Assembly: GCA_900661335.1 (NCBI GenBank)
Contig: CAACVY010000005.1
Location: 1-62,098, forward strand
DNA from: an uncultured bacterium
GTDB lineage: Bacteria; Verrucomicrobiota; Kiritimatiellia; PWTM01
Reading direction: 5' to 3'
DNA: 62,098 nucleotides
The translations under genes were made by a program, and so were the position numbers. The notes beneath the pieces were generated by a model that was not told where the DNA came from, ran no database searches, and saw only the letters and a list, made by a program, of their open reading frames with translations. Positions 49,323-59,865 of the stretch are shown here, one piece after another (within the stretch, counting starts at the first letter, position 1; the number at the start of each line of letters is the position of its first letter).

Positions 49323-50738
49323 ATGAGAGGCCGACATCGAGATTCGTTCGATGTGCTGTGCAGTACGATCGCCGTTGTCGCGGACGCCCTGGCCGTGTTT
49401 TTGGGTGTACTGGCAGCGGTCTGGATTCGTTTCGATTCCGGTTGGCTGGCCGTGCCCCTCGGCCACCCACCGCGAGACATGTACGTCTACGCCGCTGGGG
49501 TTCTGGCCGTACTGTACGTGTTCATCTTTCACTCCGTCGGCCTCTACCGCCGACCTCAGGACGGCCACTTCACCGACAAGATCCCACGCTTAGTGCGAGC
49601 TTGCGCCCTGGGTGCGTTGCTCTCCACAGCGTTGGCTTTCGTGATTCGGACGGAGCCGCCGTTTTCACGCGTAGCGGCGGCCATTGCGTTTGTCACGGTG
49701 ACCGCGTTCGTCTTGGTGGAGCGGAACATCCTGTTCCAGTTAGAGCGTCACTGGGCGCGCCACCAAGCCCGGCATCGCGCGGTGGTGATCATCGGCTGTA
49801 CGCCGTTGGCCGTGCAGTTGCGGGACACACTTCACCGGGAACCCCGCCACCGTGCCCGAGTCGTCGGCTTCGTTCGTATCGGCGAGGAAGCCCCAGATTC
49901 TTCGATCCCCTCCGATCAAATTCTCGGCTCGCTCTCCGAGTTGCCCGCGATTCTCGACCGATGGAATGTAGACGAGATCATCGTGGCCAACCCATCCACG
50001 ATTGCGGCCGAGCAGCTGGAAGACATTTTATTGGAAACCCAACGCCGTTTGATCCAGTTCCTCATGGTTCCGGATACGTTCCGATTGCTGACCAGCCGGG
50101 TTGAACTTCAGCAGTTTGGGGAGTTCGCCCTTCTGGGCATGGCGCCCTGGCCTCTGGACTATTTTTGGAATCGCGTGTTGAAGAGGTTGGAGGACATCGT
50201 GGGCGCAACGATTGGCTTGCTGTTGTCCGCGCCTATTTTGCTGATCGCCGCGATTGTGATTCGGCGAACTTCCCCCGGGCCGGTGTTCTATCGCCAGGTT
50301 CGGTGCGGAGAATATGGGCGGCCGTTCGTACTATACAAGCTCAGAACCATGGTCGTGGACGCCGAGGCAGAGACCGGGCCGGTGTGGGCGAGCCCTGACG
50401 ATCCTCGGCGCACACCATTTGGCGCATTTCTCCGGCGCTGGAACTTGGACGAGCTGCCGCAGTTTTGGAATGTGTTTCGAGGCGACATGAGCCTGGTAGG
50501 TCCGCGACCAGAGCGCCCGGAGTTCGTGGAAAAATTCAAAGACGAGATCGGCCGCTACATGTGGCGCCACGCCGCCAAACCTGGCATGACCGGCTGGGCT
50601 CAGATTCACGGGCTGCGTGGTCAAACGGACTTGCGCGAACGCATTCGCTACGACTTGTGGTATCTCGAGAATTGGTCCCTCGCGTTGGACTTCAAGATCT
50701 TGGCTCGGACCTTGACCGCGCGAGCCAACGCGTATTGA
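49323..50738 (+). CDS. Undecaprenyl-phosphate glucose phosphotransferase (WcaJ/GumD type)
   Basis: N-terminal TMs, KRLEDI, PVFYRQ.R.G, LDELPQFWNVF.GDMSLVGPRPE, KPGMTGWAQI, YDLWYLENWS. Confidence 0.93.
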   Translation: MRGRHRDSFDVLCSTIAVVADALAVFLGVLAAVWIRFDSGWLAVPLGHPPRDMYVYAAGVLAVLYVFIFHSVGLYRRPQDGHFTDKIPRLVRACALGALLSTALAFVIRTEPPFSRVAAAIAFVTVTAFVLVERNILFQLERHWARHQARHRAVVIIGCTPLAVQLRDTLHREPRHRARVVGFVRIGEEAPDSSIPSDQILGSLSELPAILDRWNVDEIIVANPSTIAAEQLEDILLETQRRLIQFLMVPDTFRLLTSRVELQQFGEFALLGMAPWPLDYFWNRVLKRLEDIVGATIGLLLSAPILLIAAIVIRRTSPGPVFYRQVRCGEYGRPFVLYKLRTMVVDAEAETGPVWASPDDPRRTPFGAFLRRWNLDELPQFWNVFRGDMSLVGPRPERPEFVEKFKDEIGRYMWRHAAKPGMTGWAQIHGLRGQTDLRERIRYDLWYLENWSLALDFKILARTLTARANAY

Positions 50739-51232
50739 CTGGCACGGTCTCCACGCTTTGCGATACGGTGGGACCTAGCCGACGTTGTATGGTTCAGCTT
50801 CGCACTGACTTGGCAGGAAGCCGATTCTGTCCCCGCTTGGCGGCGCCCCGCCCACCGCTCGGCGCCCTGTGAAAACAGTCACCTCGGCGCTGGGACGAAC
50901 GTGAACCTTGTGGCTGTTCGCGATCCCGAGCTTCTCCGGGCCGTCGCAAGGTCCCGATTCTAGCGAGGTGCGGGTCGGCCTTTGGCTGATCGCAACGCCT
51001 TGAGCTGTTCGAGTTGAGGATTCAGCGGGCTGTCGCACCTCCGGCAAACCGCTCCCGAGAAACGCGGGACTTGACATCGTCGTGGCGGCTGGTGACACCG
51101 TGGACCTTACAACGTAGAGCGTGCGTTTGACAAAGACACGGACAACTGAGTGCCTCGATCGGTTGGAACTGTTGGGCCGTCCCAGTGGGAGCCGCGTAGT
51201 GGGTGCCCCCGAGAGTCGCTTTCGGCCTAAGC

Positions 51233-51934
51233 TCAGAAATTGGTACGGAACGAGAGCGTAAACAACGACCGGCGGTGATAGACATAGTCGGGAAGTACTC
51301 GGTCGTTGATCTGGATCACCCGCAAGCCGGACAGCGCCAGGAAACGGTAGGGTATGGTCAGGCCCACGGCGGCGTGTGAAAACCCCGTCGCTCGTTCGCG
51401 CGAATAGCGCCAAGCGATCGTTCCGGTCAGTCGAAGGCGAAGTTGCTCATCGAACCACGCCCATTCGTGCGCCAAGGAACCCTAGTTCGTGACGGACGAG
51501 CCCGTCCACCCCTCAAAAAACGCCGTTACGGTGGGAGATAACGGAAGGTTTGGTGCGGCGGAAAGACTCACTTCTCGGTCTGGCCCGGAGTCCGCGTGAT
51601 GATACAGGTACTCGACCACCCCACGTTGACCCGCAGCGCGTCGAAAGGCACGGAGTGGGAGACTGACAAAGCCACCTACGTGAACTCGCCTTGTGGATAT
51701 TGACCGCGATCTGAAACGCGGGCGATGTTCCCCTACATTCCGAGGATCAGCGCGGGCCACGGCTGCAATTGAACCGATGGTTGGGCCATAGGACTGTCCA
51801 CGGCGGTAGCGCCTCGAAAGATGTATGCGTTCGCAAGGTCCACGGCCGCGCTCCCCTGGAGGTGACCATGTACTCTGGTTGGCAAGAGTAAGTAAGGGAA
51901 GAATTCCGGGCACGCAGACGTGTCTCACCCTCAT
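51233..51934 (-). pseudogene. TorF-family putative porin pseudogene
   Basis: AAGGAG+ATG 51934 and signal peptide; shifted frame reads AVDLANAYIFRGA..DSPMAQPSV..LGM*GN..GEFT*V; then VEYLY; TAG at 51482; ends in a beta-strand with terminal Phe (LSFRTNF). Confidence 0.7.
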
Positions 51935-51994
51935 TCCGGTGTTCTCCTTGTGCCACGAATTGCTAGCTATTGGGTTGTACCTAGGTGTTTGTCG

Positions 51995-52336
51995 TCAGCC
52001 GATCGCGGTCCCGCTTCGTTCCCCGGTTCGGATACGAATACATTCCAACAGATCGGCGACGAAGATTTTTTCATCGCCGATTCGTCCGGTGCGCGCACCG
52101 CGGATAATCGCGTCGATCGTTGGTTGGACAAAGTCCTCGTTGACGGCGACGTCAAGCCGCACCTTCTTGATGAGTTTCACCTCAGTGATCGCGCCTCGGT
52201 ACGCTTCGGTGTAGCCCATCTGCTGGCCACAACCGATGACATTACTGACCGTCATTTTGAAGACCTTGGCCTCGAACAATGCGGCTTTGACGTCGGGTAG
52301 CTATTCCGGCCAAATGATCGCAGTGATCAATTTCAT
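51995..52336 (-). pseudogene. glnK: P-II nitrogen regulator, nonsense mutation at codon 12
   Basis: [19 protein letters not shown]...[14 protein letters not shown]...[11 protein letters not shown]; TAG at 52301-52303. Confidence 0.9.
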
Positions 52337-52364
52337 TTTGGACTCCTTTCGTTAGAAAGCTGGT

Positions 52365-53721
52365 TTACTTGGTCACGAAGCTTTGGAACTCCGGATAGGC
52401 TTCCATGCCGTGCTTTTGGAGGTCGAGCCCAAGGATCTCCTCCTCGCGGCTCACCCGCTGCCTGAGCGTCATGCGAAGGGCAGCGAAGACCGGGCCAGAG
52501 GTCAAGAGGCATGCGACGCCAACCGCAACGATTCCAATCAGTCGGAGGAGGACGGCCGGATCTGGTCCGAATATGCCCGTGGCCAAGTTGCCCCAAATCC
52601 CGCAGACCAGATGGACCGACACCGCGCCCACGAAATCATCCGCCCGCAGACAATCCCAAAAGAGAACCGAGAGCACAACTAGAATTCCGACGATCATGCC
52701 GATCAAGATGGCGGCCGGCACCGAGACGACATCCGCGCCCGCCGTAATGCCCACCAAACCTGCCAAGATCCCGTTCAGTACCACGGTGGGGTCTGGCTTC
52801 GTTTGGAGGATCCACGAAGTGACCATAGGACCTATGGCGCCCGTTGCCGCGGCTAAGTTGGGCGTGACCAAGACGTACGACACGGCGCCCGGATCAGCGG
52901 AAAGAACGGAACCTCCGTTGAATGCGACCCAACCAACCAAAGAAAAACACACCGATCGTTACTTAAGGCGGGTTGTGGCCCATGACCGGATTAGTATGCC
53001 GTTGACGTACTTGCCTGACCGTGGGCCCACCACGGTGGCCCCCCACCAGTGCGGCCCAGCAGCCAACGGGGTCGACAGGAGTAGACCCGGGGAAGTCGTG
53101 GAACCCTAGCGACTTTAGCCGACCCCCTCCCCAGGCCCATGAGCCTCTCCATGGGTAGACTAGAGCCACATAGACGCTCGAGAAAATCAGGAAACTCATG
53201 AGCCGGATCCGTTCGCAGACGGCGCCGGAAACGATCGTCGTCGCTGTGGCCGCGAACATCGCTTAGAACAGGAAGTCCGTCCAGTACGTGTAGCCCGGGT
53301 TGTACGCGCTAGTCACTTCTTCTGGCCCGGTGCCGATTCCGAACCCTGCGAACCCGAGAAGCTTGCCCACCCACCAGTGATCGCTCGGATACATCAGGCC
53401 GAAGCCAATGACGGCATAGGTGATCAGACCGATCGCAGGGATCATGGTGTTTTTGAACAAGATGTCTACGGCGTTTTTGGCACGGTTCAGCCCGGCCTCT
53501 ACCGTTACGACTCCCAGGTGCATCAGGAACACCAAAAGAGTGGCCACCATCATGCACAGTGCAGTCCTGGCGGTCTTTGTCGCGTCAGGATCGACCGGAC
53601 TCTTTGCCTTTGCCTTAGCACCTTGGGTCCAGGTCGCTCCGTTGGGCGGCTCGTGGGCGGTGAAAACGAGCAAAGATGGCCCCAGGTGGCCGGGCGGGGA
53701 GCAGCCCTTCTGTAGCGACAT
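52365..53721 (-). pseudogene. amtB: Ammonium transporter pseudogene
   Basis: LVFLMHLG, KNAVDILFKN, DFLF*AMFAATATTIVSGAVCER, HDF, FNGGS, LAGLVGITAG, VHLVCGIWG; TAA at 53263 and 52963 plus frameshifts; start uncertain. Confidence 0.92.
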
Positions 53722-53860
53722 TTTTGTCGGACGTCTGGGGGGCTGTCCGACATTTTTGTTGCACCGTGTGTTGCAGCGGGCCGCGAAACGGATTGATCAT
53801 ACGGCGAATTAGGCCTAGGGGTGACATTAGCGCGCTTCTAGCGTAGACTGTAAAGTCAAT

Positions 53861-55333
53861 ATGAGCCAGCGACCGTCCAGCTGGGTTCCGACTTACTGCG
53901 GTCTTCGAGCGGACCGCCCGGTCCACCATTGTGGGATCGTGGGTGTGGTGGGCGTAGAGCGAGTGGCCGACGTGATTGCGCGGGCCCTCATGGCGCTCCA
54001 GCACCGGGGGGAAGAAGGCGCGGGGATCGTCGTCAGCGATGGCGAGGTCCTCCATGCGGTTCGAACTGCCGGCCTGGTGTCCGACCTGCTCGATCATCAC
54101 CGAGATGAGCTGGCCCGCCTCCACGGAAGGGTGGGGGTGGGTCACGTGCGATATTCGACAACGGGAGCATGGGATCTCCGCAATGTTCAGCCGCTGGTGG
54201 TGGAGTGCCAAAGTGGCATGTGGGCCTTGGCGCACAACGGAAATCTGACCAACGCAGGGGCTCTGCGGTCCCAGTGGCAGAGCCGGGGGGCCATTTTCCA
54301 AACGGGCACCGATACAGAGGTGTTGCTTCACATGATCGCGCACCCTCGGTTTGCGCGCCAGCCGCAGCCAGTGGTCGCTGCGTTACAGGCCTTGCGCGGG
54401 GCGTTTTCGATGGTGTTGGTTCACAAGGACCGTTTGATTGCGGCGCGGGACCGGCACGGATTCCGGCCGTTAGCACTCGGGCGCTTGGGCTCCGGATACA
54501 TCGTGGCGAGCGAGACATGTGCGTTTCCCCAAGTGGGCGCGACGTTTCTTCGCGAGATCGAACCTGGCGAGGTGTTGGTGTGGGAGGGATGCGAGCTGCG
54601 TCAATATGCGTTGACCGCCCGACCCGCGCGCGGGGGGCAATGTGTGTTCGAGCATATTTATTTCGCCCGCCCGGATAGCGTGCTCTTTGGGCGGAATGTG
54701 CACGAGGTTCGGGTGGCACTGGGACGGCAATTGGCCGAGGAACGACCGGTAAAGGCGGACGTCGTGGTTCCGATTCCGGACAGCGGGTTGCCCGCGGCTA
54801 TGGGCTTCGCTCAGGCCTCTGGGATTCCCATGGACCTGGGGTTCATTCGGAACCACTACATCGGCCGCTCCTTTATTCGCCCCACTGCGGAAGACCGCGC
54901 ACGCGTGGCGGATCTGAAGCTTGCGGTCGTAGAGCACGTGGTTCGGGGGCGTCGGGTCGTGGTGGTGGACGATTCGTTGGTGCGGGGCACCACCGTACAA
55001 CGGCGCGTTCAGACCTTGCGCAAGGCGGGCGCCATCGAGGTCCATTTACGAATTGCGTCTCCTCCGATCCGTTGGCCATGTTGGTTCGGGATCGATTTCC
55101 CTACTCGCGGAGAACTGATTGCAGCTGACCGCACAGAGGAGGAGATCGCTCGGATTGTCGGAGTGGACTCGTTGGGGTACTTGAGTCTGGAAGGGTTGGC
55201 CCGGGTGCTGAACGGCGGCCGGGACTACTGCTTCGGTTGCTTTACGGGACGGTATCCGGAGCGCGTCGCTGGAACGCCCAGCAAACTAGCGTTTGAGGTC
55301 ACCGTTGCGAAAGGAACATGCGGATCCATATAA
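53861..55333 (+). CDS. purF: Amidophosphoribosyltransferase
   Basis: CGIVG N-terminal nucleophile, LQHRGEEGAG, GHVRYST, HNGNLTN, VVVDDSLVRGTT, CFGCFTGRYP; uninterrupted. Confidence 0.96.
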   Translation: MSQRPSSWVPTYCGLRADRPVHHCGIVGVVGVERVADVIARALMALQHRGEEGAGIVVSDGEVLHAVRTAGLVSDLLDHHRDELARLHGRVGVGHVRYSTTGAWDLRNVQPLVVECQSGMWALAHNGNLTNAGALRSQWQSRGAIFQTGTDTEVLLHMIAHPRFARQPQPVVAALQALRGAFSMVLVHKDRLIAARDRHGFRPLALGRLGSGYIVASETCAFPQVGATFLREIEPGEVLVWEGCELRQYALTARPARGGQCVFEHIYFARPDSVLFGRNVHEVRVALGRQLAEERPVKADVVVPIPDSGLPAAMGFAQASGIPMDLGFIRNHYIGRSFIRPTAEDRARVADLKLAVVEHVVRGRRVVVVDDSLVRGTTVQRRVQTLRKAGAIEVHLRIASPPIRWPCWFGIDFPTRGELIAADRTEEEIARIVGVDSLGYLSLEGLARVLNGGRDYCFGCFTGRYPERVAGTPSKLAFEVTVAKGTCGSI

Positions 55334-55337
55334 GAAG

Positions 55338-58300
55338 ATGGCCCCAGCGCCCCAACCTTTGATCCCTCGATGTGGAGCGCGAGGCTTGCGGTGTGGGATT
55401 GGTGGCACGCCTTAGCAGCGAGCCATCCCACGAGGTGATCCGAAAAGTGATCGAGATTTTGAGCCGACTCGCCCACCGTGGCGCGCGTGGATGTGGCGAG
55501 AACACGGGCGACGGTGCAGAGTTGATGGTCCAGGTATCGGGCCGATTCTTCCGCAACGTATTCGACGGGCAGGGGCGCTGCCGCCCGCGAGGTCGTACGC
55601 CGCGGGACAACTGTTTCTTCCGACGCACCCTGACCACCGAGCCACCGCATGCGAGACGTTGGCTTTGTGCTTGGAAAGTCAGGGACTTCCGGTCCTAGGC
55701 TGGAGGGGCCTACCCACGCAGCCAGGCGTACTCGGCCCGGTCGTACTTGCAGGCCGCCCTGCGGTGGTCCAGGTGTTGCTGGGCTCAGGAGCAGCTCGAG
55801 ACGAACGCGAGTTCGAACGACGGTTATTTGTAGCACGGAAGAAGTATGAGCGTCTTGCGCGTAATCGGCCATGACCCGAGAGCGATCGAACGCACGTGTG
55901 CAGTTGATCCCCACGGACTATTTGGACGCCATCCGGGAGGAGCTGGTCACTTCTAAGTGCTTAGGGGCCCAAGGGGCGCCGCATAAAGAATCGGAGACAG
56001 CCGTCCGACAATTACGGATCGACCATCCCATTAGATTTCCACAAAATGGCCCGGTTGCGTGGCTTGGATTTGCCGAGGCTGCGCGCGCATACGCTTGTGA
56101 TCCGATGTGAACCTGGTGGGGGCGAGGCGTTGGAACGGGTATTGGACGTGCCGGCGCATCGAGCGCCAGTTCCGCTGGGCGTACCCGACGACGACTCGCT
56201 CACGCAGCTGAACGTCGGCGGAATTTACAAGTGGCGTCAAACTGGCGAGCGTCACCTCCTGCAGCCGTTGGTCATCGCGCGTCTTCAACAGGCAGTCCGC
56301 AACGGGATGAGGCGGCATTTCAGGAATACTGCGAGTTGGTCAACTCCGATGCCAGCCGGTGCGTGACCTTGCGGAGCTCTCTGACGTTTCGAGAAGACCT
56401 GTCGAGGGCGGTTCCGTTGTGAACGAAGTGGAGCCGTGGACGTCCATCGTCCGACGGTTCAAATACGGCGCTATGTCGCTTGAATCGTTGGAGCCAGGAG
56501 GCGCACTGAACGTTGGCGATCGCCATGAACCTGATCGGGGGACGAAGCAACTCCGGTGAGGGGGGGGGGAAGATCCCGACCGGTATCGTCCGTTGCCCGA
56601 TGGCACCTTCCGCCGCAGTGCGATCTAGCAGGTCGCGTCGGGTAGGTTCGGCGTGACGATTGAGTACCTGGTGAACGCACGCGAGCTCCCAATCAAAATT
56701 GCTTAGGCGGCGAAGCCAGGCGAGGGCGGTCAGTTACCGGCGGAGAAGGTGTACCCGTGGATCGCCAAGGTGCGACATTCAACGCCGTGGGTGCAGATGA
56801 TTTCTCCACCGCCGCACCACGAAATTTGCTCGATCGAGGACCTGGCACAGTTGATCCACGATTTGCGTAACGCCATACCCGATGCTCGGATCAGCGTGAA
56901 ATTGGTGGCGGCGGTTGGGTGGGAACTGTCGCGGTCGGTGTGGTCAAAGGGCATGCGGACATGGTGCTGATCAGTGGGTACGATGGACCGGCGCGTCGCC
57001 GGAGTCGCCCCTCAAGCACGCAGGAATTCCCTGGGAGCTTGGACTATCCGAGACTCCCCACGCGTTGGTGGCCAACGAGCTGAGGGATCGGATTTCGGTC
57101 GAATGCGATGGCAAGCTTCTTACGGGCCGCGATATTGGATCGCATGTCTTCTCCGCGCAAAAGAATTTGGATTCGCGACGGCCCCGTTGATTACCCTGGG
57201 GTGCGTCATGATGCGCGCCTGCTACTGGAATACGTGTCCGGTAGGCGTGGCAATAGCGAACCCAGATCTGCGGCGCAAGTTCGTCGGTCGCCCCGAGCAC
57301 GTGGCGAACTTTTTCCGGTTCATCGCGGAGGATTTTCGCCGGTGGATGGCCCGATTGGGGTATCGGACGGTGGACGAAATGGTGGGCCAGAGTCACCGCC
57401 TGGAGTACCAGCCACCGGAATCTCATTGGAAGGGGCGACAATTGGACTGGAAACTGATCATCGAGTTTCCGCCGGCCCCTTCGGAGGGGAACGGCGATGT
57501 GTGTGGCAGGTTCCGTACGCACCCAACGCCCGCGTGGATGAAGAGCTCATGCGCATAGCCGCGGCTGCGCTCCAGTTTGGGAAACGGTCGCCGGTTGAGC
57601 TGTCGGTGGCCATGCGCAACTCCGACTGGGCGGTGGGGACGCCATTAAGCGGCGAAATCGCGCGGCGATGGGGTGGAAAGGGATTGCCCGAAGACACCAT
57701 CGCGGTGCATGCCCATGGCGTGGGAGGTCAGTCGTTCGCCGCGTTTCGAGCTCCCGGATTGACGTTTCATCGCGAAGGTGTGGCCAATGAATACTTTGGC
57801 AAAGGTCTATCTGGGGCGAAGCTAACCGTTCGGCCACCCCGCGGGATCCGGTACCGAGCCGAGGACAACATCGTGGTCGGTAACGTGGCGTTCTATGGCG
57901 CGGCGGCGGGCGAATGTTACGTTCGCGGGGGAGCCGGCGAATGGTTTGCGGTGCGGAATTCGGAGGCGCGGGCCGTGGTGGATGGCGTGGACGATCATGG
58001 TTGCGAGTGCATGACGGGCGGGATCGTTGTGGTGCTCGGCTCGACGGGGCGAAACTTCGCGGCCGGGATATCGGGCGGGTTCGCGTTTGTGTACGACGCC
58101 GACGGAAAATTCCCCATGCGGTGCAACATGGACATGGTGACGCTCGAGCCGATCGAAGACAAAGAAGACATTCGCAACGTTTTGTACCTATTGCGTCAGC
58201 ACCTTCTGTACACGCAGAGTGAGATCGCCGCCCACACCCTAGCCCGTTGGGATGCGTTGCGTCCGCGATGGGTAAAGGTATTTCCGAACGATTACCGTCG

Positions 58301-58370
58301 TGCGTTGGAACTGATGCGCGCCGTGGCGATGAGCCCCGAAGGGGCGCCGGTCTTGGTGGAATTGGCATGA
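55338..58370 (+). pseudogene. gltB: Glutamate synthase large subunit, heavily decayed
   Basis: Fragments in several frames: EREACGVG..HRGA..TGDGA; SAI*QVASGRFG; [13 protein letters not shown]; ISPPPHH; GCVMMRACYWNTCPVG; GXGXG domain; total about 3.0 kb. Confidence 0.92.
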
Positions 58371-59849
58371 GGGAAACCGGCCAAGGGAAAACCGATTGGA
58401 TTTTTGAGTACGCTCGCGAGTTGCCGCCGAAGCGGCCGGTCTCGGAATGTATCCAAGACTTTCGAGACATTCCGCTCCCTTTTTCCAAGGAGAAGGCAGG
58501 GCAGCAAGCAGCTCGGTGCATGGACTGCGGGCTCCCTTTTGTCACTCCGGATGTCCCCTTGGGAACTTGATTCCGGAATGGAGCGACTTGGTTTGGAGAG
58601 GCAAGTGAGAGGAAGCGGCGCGACGCCTGCATGCGACGAATAAGTTCCCCGAATTCACCGGACGGCTGCGCCCAGCTCCGTGTGAGGAGGCATGCGTGCT
58701 CGGAATCAACGAGCCTCCGGTGACGATCGAGCAGATCGAGTACGAGATTGCCGAACGGGCGTTCGGTGAAGGCTGGCTGCGGCCGATGCCTCCTCAGGGA
58801 CGAACAGGGAAACGCATCGCCGTGATCGGTTCGGGGCCAGCTGGGCTCGCCTCCGCGCAGCAGTTCAACCGCGCAGGGCACGAAGTGGTCGTCTTTGAGC
58901 GGGCTGACCGGATCGGTGGTCTACTGCGGTATGGAATACCGGACTTCAAGCTCGAGAAATGGGTCGTGGACCGTCGCTTGGCGTAAATGGAAGACGAAGG
59001 TGTGCAGTTTCGAACGAGGGTGGATGTTGGACGCGATGTCACGGCGGACGATCTGCAAGCCATATTCGATGCGGTGGTGTTGGCGACGGGGGCCACGCGG
59101 CCGCGCGATTTGAATGTCCTGGGGCGGTCGCTGGCCGGAATCCACTTTGCCGTGGACTGTCTCACCCGGCAGAACCGGGTCGTAGCAGGCGACCTTCCGG
59201 AGCCACCAAGTACGGCTCAGGGCAAGCGGGTCATCGTGATCGGCGGCGGAGATACCGGGAGGGATTGCATCGGCACGGCGATCCGACAGGGGGCGGTGTC
59301 GGTGCTGACTTTCGAGTTGTTACGCGGTCTTCCTCGCACCGATCCCGCACCAACCGTGGCCGTTCTATCCTATGCGGCTGCGAACGAGTACGTCTCCCGA
59401 GGAAGGGGGCGAACGGTTGTTTGCTGTGACCACGAACGAGTTCATCGGCTCAGCCGGGCGAGTCGAAGCGGTTCGCACCATGGACGTACGGGCGAAGCTA
59501 CCGAAACCCGGGGAGCGGTTTCCCTCGTTGGAAGAGGTGCCCGGGTCCGAGCGGCTGTGGCCAGCCGAATCTTGTGATCGTGGCGTTGGGGTACTTGGGC
59601 CCGGAGGCCGACGGCATCGTAGCCCAACTGGGTGTCGAACTGGACCCTCAGGGTAACCTCCGGACTTCGAACGGGTTTGCGACCAACGTCCCCCGTGTAT
59701 TTGCGGCAGGCGATACGAGACGAGGGCAGTCACTCATCATTTGGGCGATAGAGGAGGGGCGGGATTGCGCGCGAGCGATGGATGCACATCTTCGAGGCGG
59801 TGATTCCATCTTGCCCTCCCGTGGCCACGGTGGTCTGCCCCGGGCGTGA
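58367..59849 (+). pseudogene. gltD: Glutamate synthase small subunit, decayed
   Basis: [37 protein letters not shown] at 58984, IGGGDTG, FAAGDTRRGQSL; several frameshifts. Confidence 0.92.
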
Positions 59850-59865
59850 CTGCGGCCGCGGTGGT

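Noticed and set aside
50739-51232. Possible ncRNA or gene downstream of the WcaJ-like transferase
   Set aside because: No tRNA, riboswitch or coding motif could be recognised; an Rfam scan would be needed.
53760-53775. NtrC box (TGCAC...TGCA) upstream of amtB
   Set aside because: It is one base shorter than the 17-bp consensus and I found no sigma54 -24/-12 motif nearby.
51233-59849. Amber (TAG) recoding or readthrough as an explanation for the many in-frame stops in the nitrogen genes
   Set aside because: Premature TAA stops, frameshifts and deletions co-occur, and intact genes in the window end in TAG, so this is decay rather than recoding.
51233-59849. Random long-read sequencing errors as the cause of the broken genes
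   Set aside because: The lesions include substitutions and are confined to five functionally linked genes, while purF between them and the other long CDSs are intact; read-level confirmation is still advisable.
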